Notes under the pieces: model-generated
Seen by the model: only the letters and a program-made list of their open reading frames with translations
Database searches by the model: none
Told to the model about the DNA's origin: nothing
Assembly: GCA_002418775.1 (NCBI GenBank)
Contig: DIEU01000049.1
Span: forward strand, 32,241 to 96,240
Source of the DNA: Firmicutes bacterium UBA5766
Lineage (GTDB): Bacteria; Bacillota; Desulfotomaculia; Desulfotomaculales; Nap2-2B
Direction of reading: 5' to 3'
DNA length: 64,000 nucleotides
Part shown: in pieces, positions 25,487 to 33,153 of the stretch
Position numbering within the stretch: position 1 is the first letter of the stretch
Layout of the letters: each line of letters begins with the position of its first letter
Made by a program: the position numbers and the translations under genes

Positions 25487-25716
25487 TAAGCTTATCTGCA
25501 AAACTTTTGCAGTACAGGACATGGAAGTTAAAGAATTCCCCATCTCAGTATGGGCAGTTTCCATTTGAGAAGTAAGATAGTTGAGACAAGTATTAAGTTA
25601 ACTTCAGTCTTTAGCTGTATTCTGACGGACTGAGGTTTCCTGGAGGCTGTTGCTCAATTCCTGCCAGGAGTTCCTAAAACTCTGTTAAGAGCTAGCTGAC
25701 TCCAGTGCCGGTCGTA
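25487..25716 (-). pseudogene. chimeric scar: a flgK internal fragment (aa ~107-171) fused to the last ~11 codons of flgL
   Basis: 25523-25716 aligns with flgK 28521-28712, with scattered mismatches. 25487-25520 aligns with flgL 26789-26822. The track ORF 25358..25564 ('METAHTEMGNSLTS...SCTAKVLQISL') is this remnant. Confidence 0.75.
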
Positions 25717-25729
25717 AGGATTCCAAAAC

Positions 25730-26548
25730 TTATCTCATTAAAGAGAGTATCTGCGAGGGTATTTGGTTTGCCTGAGCTAACATAGCCATACCGGTTTGCT
25801 GCAGGATCTGGTTTCTTGAGTACTCGGTCATTTCTTTGGCCATATCCAGATCGCGGATTCTCGACTCGGCTACGGTGAGGTTCTGGGTCATATTTCCCAG
25901 GTTGGTAACCGTATGCTCAAGGCGGTTTTGATAAGCGCCGAGCTGTGCCCTGCGGGTGGCAAGTGTTTCAATGGCATTCTGTACTTTCGTGATCGCGGCA
26001 TTTGCTCCGGACACAGTACTCAGCTTTAGTGTTCCGCTCGCTACTATTGCACTAAATTTTGCGGCGCCGATGGCGATGGTCATTTTTTCGGCTGCCAGGG
26101 CTCCAATCTGGAAGGCTTTGCCGGCTGAGAAACCGCCGCTTAACAGTTTGATACTGTTAAAGTTAACATTACTCGCCATCTGATTGATCTGTGCTTTTAA
26201 AGCGCTATATTCGGCAGATATCTTTAGCCGGTCGGTATTGTTCAAACTGTTGGTTGCAGCTTCGGTGGCCAGGTCTTCCAGGCGGACGAGGATACCGTTT
26301 ATGGTGTCCAGCGCACCCTCAGCGGTCTGGATCAGCGAGATTGCATCCTGTGCGTTCAACTCGGCTCTTTCCATACCCTTGAGCTGAGCCCTCATTTTTT
26401 CCGAGATGGCCAGTCCGGCGGCGTCATCGGCCGCACGGTTGATCCGCAATCCGGAAGACAGCTTTTCAAGGTTCTTGGTAATGCCAGCCTGGGTAATGCT
26501 AAGGTTTTTATTGGCATCCAGCGCCATAGTGTTATTGTAAATGTACAC
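25730..26548 (-). CDS. fliC: flagellin (272 aa), copy 2
   Basis: The N- and C-terminal ~90 aa are nearly identical to copy 1, and differences cluster in aa ~95-200. GTG start after AGGAGG. Confidence 0.95.
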   Translation of the reverse strand: MYIYNNTMALDANKNLSITQAGITKNLEKLSSGLRINRAADDAAGLAISEKMRAQLKGMERAELNAQDAISLIQTAEGALDTINGILVRLEDLATEAATNSLNNTDRLKISAEYSALKAQINQMASNVNFNSIKLLSGGFSAGKAFQIGALAAEKMTIAIGAAKFSAIVASGTLKLSTVSGANAAITKVQNAIETLATRRAQLGAYQNRLEHTVTNLGNMTQNLTVAESRIRDLDMAKEMTEYSRNQILQQTGMAMLAQANQIPSQILSLMR

Positions 26549-26580
26549 TTCTTTACCTCCTTTTCTGAGTTTTGAGTTTC

Positions 26581-26610
26581 GTGCCTTTTCACGGCCGCTC
26601 AGAAAGGCAC
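26581..26610 (-). promoter_or_regulatory. conserved 5'-UTR hairpin of flagellin copy 2
   Basis: Stem GUGCCUUU / AAAGGCAC with a 14-nt loop. Confidence 0.4.
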
Positions 26611-26631
26611 AAAAACTTTTATTTGTGTATA

Positions 26632-26658
26632 GATTCGGTAAAAAAGTTGATTAACTTA
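26632..26658 (-). promoter_or_regulatory. candidate sigma-28 promoter of flagellin copy 2
   Basis: The minus strand reads TAAGTTAA-N11-ACCGAATC. Confidence 0.45.
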
Positions 26659-26699
26659 AGGGTTTTGCAGGTCCGACTTACAAAATATAAATTAATTTT

Positions 26700-26742
26700 T
26701 TATATAATAAAAGACCTTCAGGGTTTCTGCCTTGAAGGTCTT
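26700..26742 (-). terminator. rho-independent terminator of flgL
   Basis: The minus strand reads AAGACCUUCAAGG-CAGAAA-CCCUGAAGGUCUU followed by UUUAUUAU. Confidence 0.7.
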
Positions 26743-26768
26743 GGGATGGTTTTTTAGATCTGTTTTTG

Positions 26769-27677
26769 TTAACTTATAAAATATAATAAGCTTGTCTGCA
26801 AAACTTTTGCAGTGCAGGAAAGGGTGGCTTGATAGGTGAGCATGCGTGAAGCCAGTTCGGTTGTTGCCGCTTCTATATCAGTATTCTGGAGACCGGCCAA
26901 AGATTTTTGCAGGTTTGTATTTTGATCTTCTAAAAACGTTCTGATCATCTCCAGGTGATTGGTTTTAACGCCTGCTTTAGAGCGTGCCTGGATAAAGAGG
27001 TTTTGATCATTGGTCAGGTTTTCTATTTGTGCGTTTACAGCCGAGGAGTCTCTTGCGTTCAAGGCATCCTTAAGGGCAAAAAGATGCGAAAAAACATTGC
27101 TGTTAATGAAAAGCTCCTTACCGTTGAAACCGACGGTTTCGCTAATCTGGTACATGACTTCCCTTGTCGACTCATTGAATATTTTTTCTGTGATGGAAGG
27201 GTTGACGACCACTTCTTCCCCCCCTTCCGCAACATCTTGCCTAATAAAGGGACGTTCTCCCTTGCTGTTGCTAAAAATATACCTGTCTGCAATTGAAGTG
27301 TTGGCAGTATTAATCAATTGGTCAATCAAGTTATCGACCTTTATGGCATAGTTGTCGAAATCCGAAGAATTACTGCCTGTGCTGCTGGCTGAAAGTGCGG
27401 TATCGAGCGCGTTTTGCATTACTTGGCTGGCGCTGTAAAAAGCGCTGTCAGCTTCATTTAGCCATAAAATCCCGTCTTCTATATTGCTGCTGTATTGATC
27501 CTGGCAGGCCAGATTTTGTTTTATGGAAATTACTTTCCAGAGACTGGAAGGATCGTCGCTGATTTGCTGCATTTTTTGCCCAGAAGAAATCTTATGCTGT
27601 AAACCGGCTATTTCCCGGATGTTTTGCTGTAAATTGCAGATTGTGTTTAAAGCGTTTATATTATTTGAAACACGCAT
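26769..27677 (-). CDS. flgL: flagellar hook-associated protein 3 FlgL
   Basis: 302 aa with a flagellin-like N-terminus 'MRVSNNINALNTI...ISSGQKMQQISDDP'. It follows flgK. Confidence 0.85.
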   Translation of the reverse strand: MRVSNNINALNTICNLQQNIREIAGLQHKISSGQKMQQISDDPSSLWKVISIKQNLACQDQYSSNIEDGILWLNEADSAFYSASQVMQNALDTALSASSTGSNSSDFDNYAIKVDNLIDQLINTANTSIADRYIFSNSKGERPFIRQDVAEGGEEVVVNPSITEKIFNESTREVMYQISETVGFNGKELFINSNVFSHLFALKDALNARDSSAVNAQIENLTNDQNLFIQARSKAGVKTNHLEMIRTFLEDQNTNLQKSLAGLQNTDIEAATTELASRMLTYQATLSCTAKVLQTSLLYFIS

Positions 27678-27698
27678 TTTTAAAAATACCCCTTCCCG

Positions 27699-29033
27699 CT
27701 AAGTCCGGTTAATCAGCGTATCCAGCATGTCATTAAAAATACTCATGGCCTTTGCCAACGCCTGGTAAGCAAACTGGTACTGCATCAACATGGTGAGCTC
27801 CTCGTCTATGGATACACCGGAGAGAGACTGGCGCTGGGCTTCAAATTGTAAGCCGATGGAATTAAAAGTTTCAGCATTATTACTGGCCTGACTTTGGTCT
27901 GAGCCAATCTTTGAAATCAGTTGGCTGTAATAACCCGTCAGGCTCTTATTGCCTAACTCCACATAATCGACTGTATTATTTATATAGGCTATGGCCATTG
28001 CGTTTCTGCCGTCGCTGGGGGAGGAACTTTCCTGGGCAGTTGCAATATTATTCGGGTCATTTAAAATATCCTCATTGACCGAGATTGTTTTGTTTCCAGC
28101 GGCATCATCCTCTAAAGTAAAAAAAGCCACTCCAGTCACATTGTCTAGGGTATATCCGTCTTCATGAATTTCGTTTACCTTGTCAGCCAGTGTCTGAATA
28201 AATAAATTCATTTTGTCCTGATAGTCTTCAAAAGATTGTTTGGTTGCCAGAAGGCCGCCCAATTCCCCTTTTCCCGATGACAGATCACCCTCGGAAAGGG
28301 GAGTAACATCCTGCCCTTCAACAATTGTTTTTCCACAGATAACTACAGTCGCCGTGTTATTGTCGTTAATAGTAATTGCAATGTCTGAAAGCCTGGACAT
28401 TTCATTGAGCAGGGAATCCCTTCGGTCCATTAAGGAGTTGTTTTCCCCGGTTACACATTTTTTTAAAGCCAGGTTGACGTCAGCCAATTGGTCCGCAAGC
28501 TGGTTTATCTCTGAGACCTTGGAAGTTAAAGAACTTTCTATTTCAGTGTGGGCAGTTTCCATTTGAGAAGTAAGATAGTTGAGATAAGTAGTTAAGTTAG
28601 CTGCTATCTGGGTTACGTTCTGACGGGTCGAGGCTTCCTGGGGGCTGTTGCTCAATTCTTGCCAGGAGTTCCAGAATTCTGTCAAAAGTGAGCTGACCCC
28701 GTCGCCGGACGTATCTGTGAAAAGACATGCTGCTTTGGCCAATTCAGTTTCCTGTTCTTCCCAGTATCCAATTTCGGAAAGATTGGCTCTAAGCTGGGGA
28801 TCGAGAAAATCATCCCGCATTCGCTGAATATTCTTTATCTCCACACCTGCATTTAGTTGTCCGTGATGCAGGGAAGGCGGCAAAGACGTTCCCGTGGCTG
28901 AAAGAACAGCCCGCTGGCGAGAATAACCTTCAGTATTTGCGTTTGCAATATTATTTTGGGTCGTTTCCAAAGACTGCTGGTAAGATAACAAGCTGCGACG
29001 GATTATTTCCAGACCCGAAAAAGTCCCGGACAT
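27699..29033 (-). CDS. flgK: flagellar hook-associated protein 1 FlgK
   Basis: I set the start at ATG 29033 ('MSGTFSGLEIIRRSLLSYQQSLETTQNNIANANTEGYSRQ') after AGGAGAG. The C-terminus 'LSGVSIDEELTMLMQYQFAYQALAKA' is typical. Confidence 0.9.
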   Translation of the reverse strand: MSGTFSGLEIIRRSLLSYQQSLETTQNNIANANTEGYSRQRAVLSATGTSLPPSLHHGQLNAGVEIKNIQRMRDDFLDPQLRANLSEIGYWEEQETELAKAACLFTDTSGDGVSSLLTEFWNSWQELSNSPQEASTRQNVTQIAANLTTYLNYLTSQMETAHTEIESSLTSKVSEINQLADQLADVNLALKKCVTGENNSLMDRRDSLLNEMSRLSDIAITINDNNTATVVICGKTIVEGQDVTPLSEGDLSSGKGELGGLLATKQSFEDYQDKMNLFIQTLADKVNEIHEDGYTLDNVTGVAFFTLEDDAAGNKTISVNEDILNDPNNIATAQESSSPSDGRNAMAIAYINNTVDYVELGNKSLTGYYSQLISKIGSDQSQASNNAETFNSIGLQFEAQRQSLSGVSIDEELTMLMQYQFAYQALAKAMSIFNDMLDTLINRT

Positions 29034-29062
29034 AGGACACTCTCCTAATAGTGTATTAAGTC

Positions 29063-29509
29063 CTAAAAAACCCTGTCGATCATTTGATTGACCTGAAGAG
29101 TTTCTTTTACTTTGCCTTTGGTATTGTACACTTTTTGCTGTTCCGGCGCGCACAGTACGGATAGGATTTGGTGGTGGAAATTAATACCGTTTTGGCTGAG
29201 TATAGCGTTCGTTTGACATTTTTCCTTTAACTGCTGCGCCAGGTTGACGATATTATTTTTTAACTGGGTTAATTCCGCTTTTTCTTCGTAAGGATTTTCT
29301 TTATTCTGGCTTAAATACTCAATTTTTTTTTGGTTTAATAAATTTAATTTGTCATTAATTTCTGATATATAATCATTAGCCTTACTCAGTTCCCCTAAAT
29401 TTTCTTCCTGAAGCGCATGCTGTTGTGTTTCAACTGCGTCAACAAGCTTCTTGGCCAGGGTCAGTTCAAGGTCTAAAATTTCCTCGAGAGTAAGCTGTTT
29501 ATTTGCCAT
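29063..29509 (-). CDS. flgN: FlgN-like flagellar export chaperone
   Basis: Helical 148-aa protein between flgM and flgK. The N-terminus 'LEEILDLELTLAKKLVDAVETQQHAL' is FlgN-like. Confidence 0.65.
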   Translation of the reverse strand: MANKQLTLEEILDLELTLAKKLVDAVETQQHALQEENLGELSKANDYISEINDKLNLLNQKKIEYLSQNKENPYEEKAELTQLKNNIVNLAQQLKEKCQTNAILSQNGINFHHQILSVLCAPEQQKVYNTKGKVKETLQVNQMIDRVF

Positions 29510-29522
29510 ATCGGTTCTTTCC

Positions 29523-29834
29523 TTAACGCTTTGTATCTTTCATGGAACCTATTTCCTCAGACAGTCCGTTAATGATTTCTTCCTCATCTACCTCAAAAGA
29601 TTCTTCTTCAATTCTTTGCTGAATACTTTCAATTAAATCCTGACGGACATCTGAAAGGTTATTTAATTTTTGATGGAAAAATTGTATTTCCCTTGCTTCC
29701 GGTGAGATTTCGAGCAAGTTGTTCCCCTCTTCAGTACCGGCGTCTTTTTTAACCCGAAGATTTTTATCCTGTTTTATCTCGCTGCGGTATATTTCTAAAA
29801 GTTTTTGAGCGTTGCCGCTTTCATTTATTTTCAT
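29523..29834 (-). CDS. flgM: anti-sigma-28 factor FlgM
   Basis: The C-terminal 'VRQDLIESIQQRIEEESFEVDEEEIINGL' is the FlgM sigma-28-binding region. ATG 29834 follows GGGGTGA. Confidence 0.8.
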   Translation of the reverse strand: MKINESGNAQKLLEIYRSEIKQDKNLRVKKDAGTEEGNNLLEISPEAREIQFFHQKLNNLSDVRQDLIESIQQRIEEESFEVDEEEIINGLSEEIGSMKDTKR

Positions 29835-29872
29835 TACAATCACCCCGATGGATTTTTTCTCCCTTTTTTATC

Positions 29873-29899
29873 TACTCGGCACAAATAAAATATACTTTA
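29873..29899 (-). promoter_or_regulatory. sigma-28 promoter P1 of flgM (proximal)
   Basis: The minus strand reads TAAAGTAT-N11-GCCGAGTA, a near-consensus match to TAAAGTTT-N11-GCCGATAA. Confidence 0.75.
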
Positions 29900-29931
29900 G
29901 GCCTTAATGAATATTTTTTCTCCTTTTTATC

Positions 29932-29959
29932 TATTCGGCACAAATAAAATATCCCTTTA
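29932..29959 (-). promoter_or_regulatory. sigma-28 promoter P2 of flgM (distal duplicate)
   Basis: The minus strand reads TAAAGGGA-N12-GCCGAATA. Confidence 0.6.
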
Positions 29960-29976
29960 GGCCTTTAAAAATATTT

Positions 29977-30756
29977 TTATTCTTCTTTGTTTTTTGTTTC
30001 CCTTTTTCTGTTTGTGGGTTTTAAGAATCCCGATAGCCGATCCCTGATCAGTGTGGGGTTATAACCGGCTTGAAGAGAGATAATTCCTTCCATCATCAGT
30101 TGCCTGATGAGGATTTCCTTTTTACTGAGGTTGCCCAGTTTTGTGGCGATTGGAAGCCAGATAACATTAGCGCTTCCCACTCCGTAAAGAGTAGCAATAA
30201 ATGCTACTGCAATAGCAGGGCCCAGTTTATCAGGCGTACTCATTTGGCCCAGTACATGAACCAGGCCCATCACTGTTCCGATAATTCCCATAGTAGGCGC
30301 ATAACCGCCGGCTGCTTCGAAAATATGTTTGCCGGTCTGATGGCGCTCTTCGGTGGCATAAATTTCTACCTCAAGCGTATTCTTGACAAGTTCAGGATCG
30401 TTGCCGTCTACAAGGAGTTGCAAGCCTTTTCGAAGGAAAGGATCACTTACTTCGGAAAGCCTGTTTTCCAACTGCAATAGACCTTCCCTTCGGGAAATTT
30501 CGGCCAGTTCAACAATTTTTTCGATAACTTCTCCTGGTTCGGGTACTTTTTGAGTCAGGACGATTTTAAACAAACCAGGAATCGTTTTTATTTCTTTCAT
30601 AGAGAAACTTGCGATAGTGGCTCCTATTGTGCCTCCGAAAACAATCATGGCGGCTGTCTTTTGCATGAGCGCGGATGCATGGCCCCCTTCCAACAGGAAA
30701 CCGCCGACTAAAAAAATAATTGCTCCGAATATGCCAATAAGAATACTAGGATCCAA
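29977..30756 (-). CDS. motA: flagellar stator protein MotA (MotA/TolQ/ExbB channel family)
   Basis: 259 aa with 4 TM segments. 'AAGGYAPTMGIIGTVMGLVHVL' and 'AFIATLYGVGSANVIWLPIA' are MotA core motifs. Confidence 0.9.
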   Translation of the reverse strand: MDPSILIGIFGAIIFLVGGFLLEGGHASALMQKTAAMIVFGGTIGATIASFSMKEIKTIPGLFKIVLTQKVPEPGEVIEKIVELAEISRREGLLQLENRLSEVSDPFLRKGLQLLVDGNDPELVKNTLEVEIYATEERHQTGKHIFEAAGGYAPTMGIIGTVMGLVHVLGQMSTPDKLGPAIAVAFIATLYGVGSANVIWLPIATKLGNLSKKEILIRQLMMEGIISLQAGYNPTLIRDRLSGFLKPTNRKRETKNKEE

Positions 30757-30770
30757 GATTAAATTCCCCT

Positions 30771-31529
30771 TTATTTATTAGTTGATGATCCAGGTTCCGC
30801 TACCTGGTATTCATTACGCAAAATTACTATATCAACCCGCCGGTTCATTTGGCGGTGCGCTTCCGTATCGTTGGGAACCATAGGCCTGTATTCGCCATAA
30901 GCCGAGGCGGAAAGCCTCTCAGGCGGAAAAGAGTGTTTGTTGATTAATTCTTTAACGACTGTAGTGGCACGGGCGGAAGACAGTTCCCAGTTGGACGGGT
31001 AGATTGGGCTATGAATGGGTAAGTTGCAGGTGTGTCCTTCTACCCTGACATAGTTGGGAACTTTACGCAGCATAGGAGCTATTTGCCCGATTATTTTACT
31101 TGCCTGTTGGGTCAGCTCGGAAGAACCGATTACAAATAGAACTTCCTCCTGGAAACTTATTACAACCCCTCTGTCCTCGCTGGTCACTGAAACCTTTGTT
31201 TGAAGGCTGCTCTTATCAATATAACTGGTCAGTTGCTCCTTGATATCCGATAATTTTATCGAATCAAGCTGATTTATATCGGTCATAGGTGATTTTGAAC
31301 CTGACTTTCCGATTGCCGCTGAAGGTCCGCCATTCATTAAAACCATCCCGCCTCCTCCCATAGCCTGGCTTAATGACTGCGACAAATATTTAAATTTCTC
31401 AAGGTCCAATTGGCCCAGGGAGTACATAACTATAAAGAAAATCAGTAGCAGGGTAATCAAATCAGCATAGGTGACCAGCCAGCGTTCAGAACCTCCATGG
31501 CTTTCCTGATTTCTTTTGGTTCTTAACAT
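30771..31529 (-). CDS. motB: flagellar stator protein MotB (OmpA-like C-terminal domain)
   Basis: 'ERWLVTYADLITLLLIFFIVM' is the TM segment with the conserved Asp. The C-terminus 'NWELSSARATTVVKEL...NRRVDIVI' is OmpA-like. Confidence 0.9.
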   Translation of the reverse strand: MLRTKRNQESHGGSERWLVTYADLITLLLIFFIVMYSLGQLDLEKFKYLSQSLSQAMGGGGMVLMNGGPSAAIGKSGSKSPMTDINQLDSIKLSDIKEQLTSYIDKSSLQTKVSVTSEDRGVVISFQEEVLFVIGSSELTQQASKIIGQIAPMLRKVPNYVRVEGHTCNLPIHSPIYPSNWELSSARATTVVKELINKHSFPPERLSASAYGEYRPMVPNDTEAHRQMNRRVDIVILRNEYQVAEPGSSTNK

Positions 31530-31881
31530 AAATCACGCCGCTTTCAAAAGAAAAATATCTTACTTTTTGAATCGGCTTTTTTCATTCAATGCTGTAGGAC
31601 CTTGCAGAAAAGGTTTAAATAAAGGAGAGCAATTTCTTGAATAATCCCAGAGCATAAATTTGTATTATATGACTTGACAGTATTATCAGATAATAAGAAA
31701 ATATTGTATAAATAAATTATGCGCTCCTTTGGCATATTTTCAAAAATTATGCATTGTTATTAGCCGCCAGGAAGCTTTTTCGACACGTATCAACAGACAA
31801 TAATGTTAAATATTGGTAATAGGTCAGGGCAGGACAAAAAAATAATTTAAATTCGACAATATGTTACAAAATACTACAAAT

Positions 31882-31919
31882 TTCGATAGAGGAAAATACT
31901 TCTTTGTGGCGAATAAAAA
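31882..31919 (+). promoter_or_regulatory. sigma-H-like promoter motif (TTCGATAGAGGAAAAT-N12-CGAATAAAAA) about 375 nt upstream of flgB
   Basis: 24 of 26 fixed positions, and the spacing, are identical to 11897-11934. It fits RNAGGAWWW-N11-RNNGAATWW. Confidence 0.3.
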
Positions 31920-32018
31920 ATATGTAAAAATATAAGATAATATGTTTTATCTGTAATAACAGCCATGGTAAATTAGGAAATATCTAATAAAAATAGAAGT
32001 ATTTCTCACTCCATAAGT

Positions 32019-32064
32019 CTTATTGCCTACTAATTGCCAGTAAGCAATAAGTCGCTATTTTTTT
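32019..32064 (+). terminator. terminator-like hairpin inside the flgB upstream region
   Basis: Arms 'cttattgcctact' (32019-32031) and 'agtaagcaataag' (32039-32051) form 13 bp with one mismatch and a 7-nt loop. T7 follows after a 6-nt spacer. Confidence 0.4.
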
Positions 32065-32218
32065 CTATCTCAAAAGGCTTCCGGTTAGTTAAAAATATAT
32101 ACTGTTTTTAGGGTTCAATAGAGGGAGTTGAAAAGTATTATTACAATATATGGCACACCGACAATGGTAAATATGGATTTAAATGATAGCCCCAACCAGA
32201 AAGTAACATATTGGTGTT

Positions 32219-32246
32219 TTGACAACTGATCGTTCTATCATATAAA
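32219..32246 (+). promoter_or_regulatory. candidate sigma-A promoter of the flgB (fla/che) operon
   Basis: TTGACA (32219-32224), a 16-nt spacer, then TATAAA (32241-32246). It lies about 47 nt upstream of the flgB ATG, which follows AAGGAG. Confidence 0.55.
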
Positions 32247-32292
32247 CACCTGTTCGGGATAGTGAATTATATTCGTAAAGGAGTGAGTTAAA

Positions 32293-32700
32293 ATGCCTTT
32301 GTTTGAAAGCGAGAATATTACTCTGCTGGCAAAGTACCTTGACGTAGAGACTTTGAGGCAAAAGTTGGTAGCCCAAAATATAGCCAACATAAGTACACCG
32401 GGCTATAAAAGACTTAATTTACGATTTGAGGATTGTTTGCAGGATGCCCTGAATCCGGACAAGATGAATATGGAAACTTCGCTGGAAAATCATATCAGCA
32501 ACATCCCGGACGTAAACAAATTAGAACCTTTTGTCGAAAAAGATAATACCTCTGAAACGCGTGCAGATCTAAATAACGTTAACTTGGAGCATGAAATGAC
32601 AATACTGTCTGCAAACACGATTCAATACAATCTGGTCATGCAGAGATTAACTGGTAGTCTTCAACAACTCAGCTACGTTATTACATCGGGGGGGCGTTAA
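32293..32700 (+). CDS. flgB: flagellar basal-body rod protein FlgB
   Basis: 'RQKLVAQNIANISTPGYKR' is the rod-protein N-terminal motif. It is the first gene of the operon. Confidence 0.9.
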   Translation: MPLFESENITLLAKYLDVETLRQKLVAQNIANISTPGYKRLNLRFEDCLQDALNPDKMNMETSLENHISNIPDVNKLEPFVEKDNTSETRADLNNVNLEHEMTILSANTIQYNLVMQRLTGSLQQLSYVITSGGR

Positions 32701-32703
32701 TAA

Positions 32704-33135
32704 ATGAGTTTAAACTTTATGAGCTTTAAGATAAGTGAATCCGGTTTGACGGCAGAAAAAATGCGTCTGAAGTTAATCGCCGCCAATTTGGCAAATATTA
32801 ACACTACAAGGACCAGCGCCGGGGGGCCGTATAAAAGAAAAGCTCTTGTTTTTGAGGAGAAATTGCAGCTGAAAAAAGAGGATGACGGGAATTACAGAAT
32901 TAATGATGCCGGGGTTAAAATAAATTCCATTTGGGAGGATCAAAGCCCACCGAGGCTTGTGTATGAACCAAACAACCCTGATGCTGATCAGCAGGGTTTT
33001 GCAGCTTATCCGAACATTAATGTGGCCAACGAAATGATCGATCTAATCACTGCGTCGAGGGCATATGAAGCAAATTTAATGACTCTGGAAGCGGCAAAAA
33101 CCCTGGATCAAAAAGCTCTGGAACTGAGCAGGTAG
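32704..33135 (+). CDS. flgC: flagellar basal-body rod protein FlgC
   Basis: 'SESGLTAEKMRLKLIAANLANINTTR' and the C-terminus 'ITASRAYEANLMTLEAAK'. Confidence 0.9.
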   Translation: MSLNFMSFKISESGLTAEKMRLKLIAANLANINTTRTSAGGPYKRKALVFEEKLQLKKEDDGNYRINDAGVKINSIWEDQSPPRLVYEPNNPDADQQGFAAYPNINVANEMIDLITASRAYEANLMTLEAAKTLDQKALELSR

Positions 33136-33153
33136 AAAAGGAGGTTTTCTTTT

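Larger units (their letters stand above)
29852..29966 (-). repeat. tandem ~60-bp duplication of the flgM promoter region
   Basis: Units at about 29852-29906 and 29912-29966 share 'ttttttctcc.ttttt.atcta.tcggcacaaataaaata....tttaggcctt'. Confidence 0.85.

Noticed and set aside
24683-26387. Long antisense ORFs inside both flagellin genes (24683..25123, 25956..26183, 26184..26387, 26191..26382)
   Set aside because: They mirror the Ala/Leu/Ser-rich flagellin coding strand. They have no RBS and are duplicated only because the flagellin genes are. They are typical shadow ORFs.
26549-26768. fliW/csrA-type post-transcriptional control genes between flgL and the flagellin, as in Bacillus
   Set aside because: No ORFs of that kind exist here. 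The spacer holds only a terminator, a promoter candidate and a UTR hairpin. The hairpin loop lacks a clear GGA CsrA site, so I make no CsrA claim.
29852-29966. A CRISPR-like or other multi-copy repeat array
   Set aside because: There are only two copies, with no spacer-repeat periodicity and no cas genes. The content is explained by a duplicated sigma-28 promoter.
31569-31576. A sigma-28 promoter for motB-motA (minus strand GCCGATTC)
   Set aside because: The -10-like element is decent (6/8), but there is no TAAA-type -35 at the required 15-16 nt spacing. I do not call it.
31530-32292. A c-di-GMP riboswitch (GEMM-I/II) or an invertible flagellar switch upstream of flgB, as in Clostridioides difficile
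   Set aside because: I found none of the GC-rich conserved GEMM segments in this very AT-rich spacer. I also found no long inverted repeats flanking a segment. Only a simple hairpin is present, and it is reported separately.
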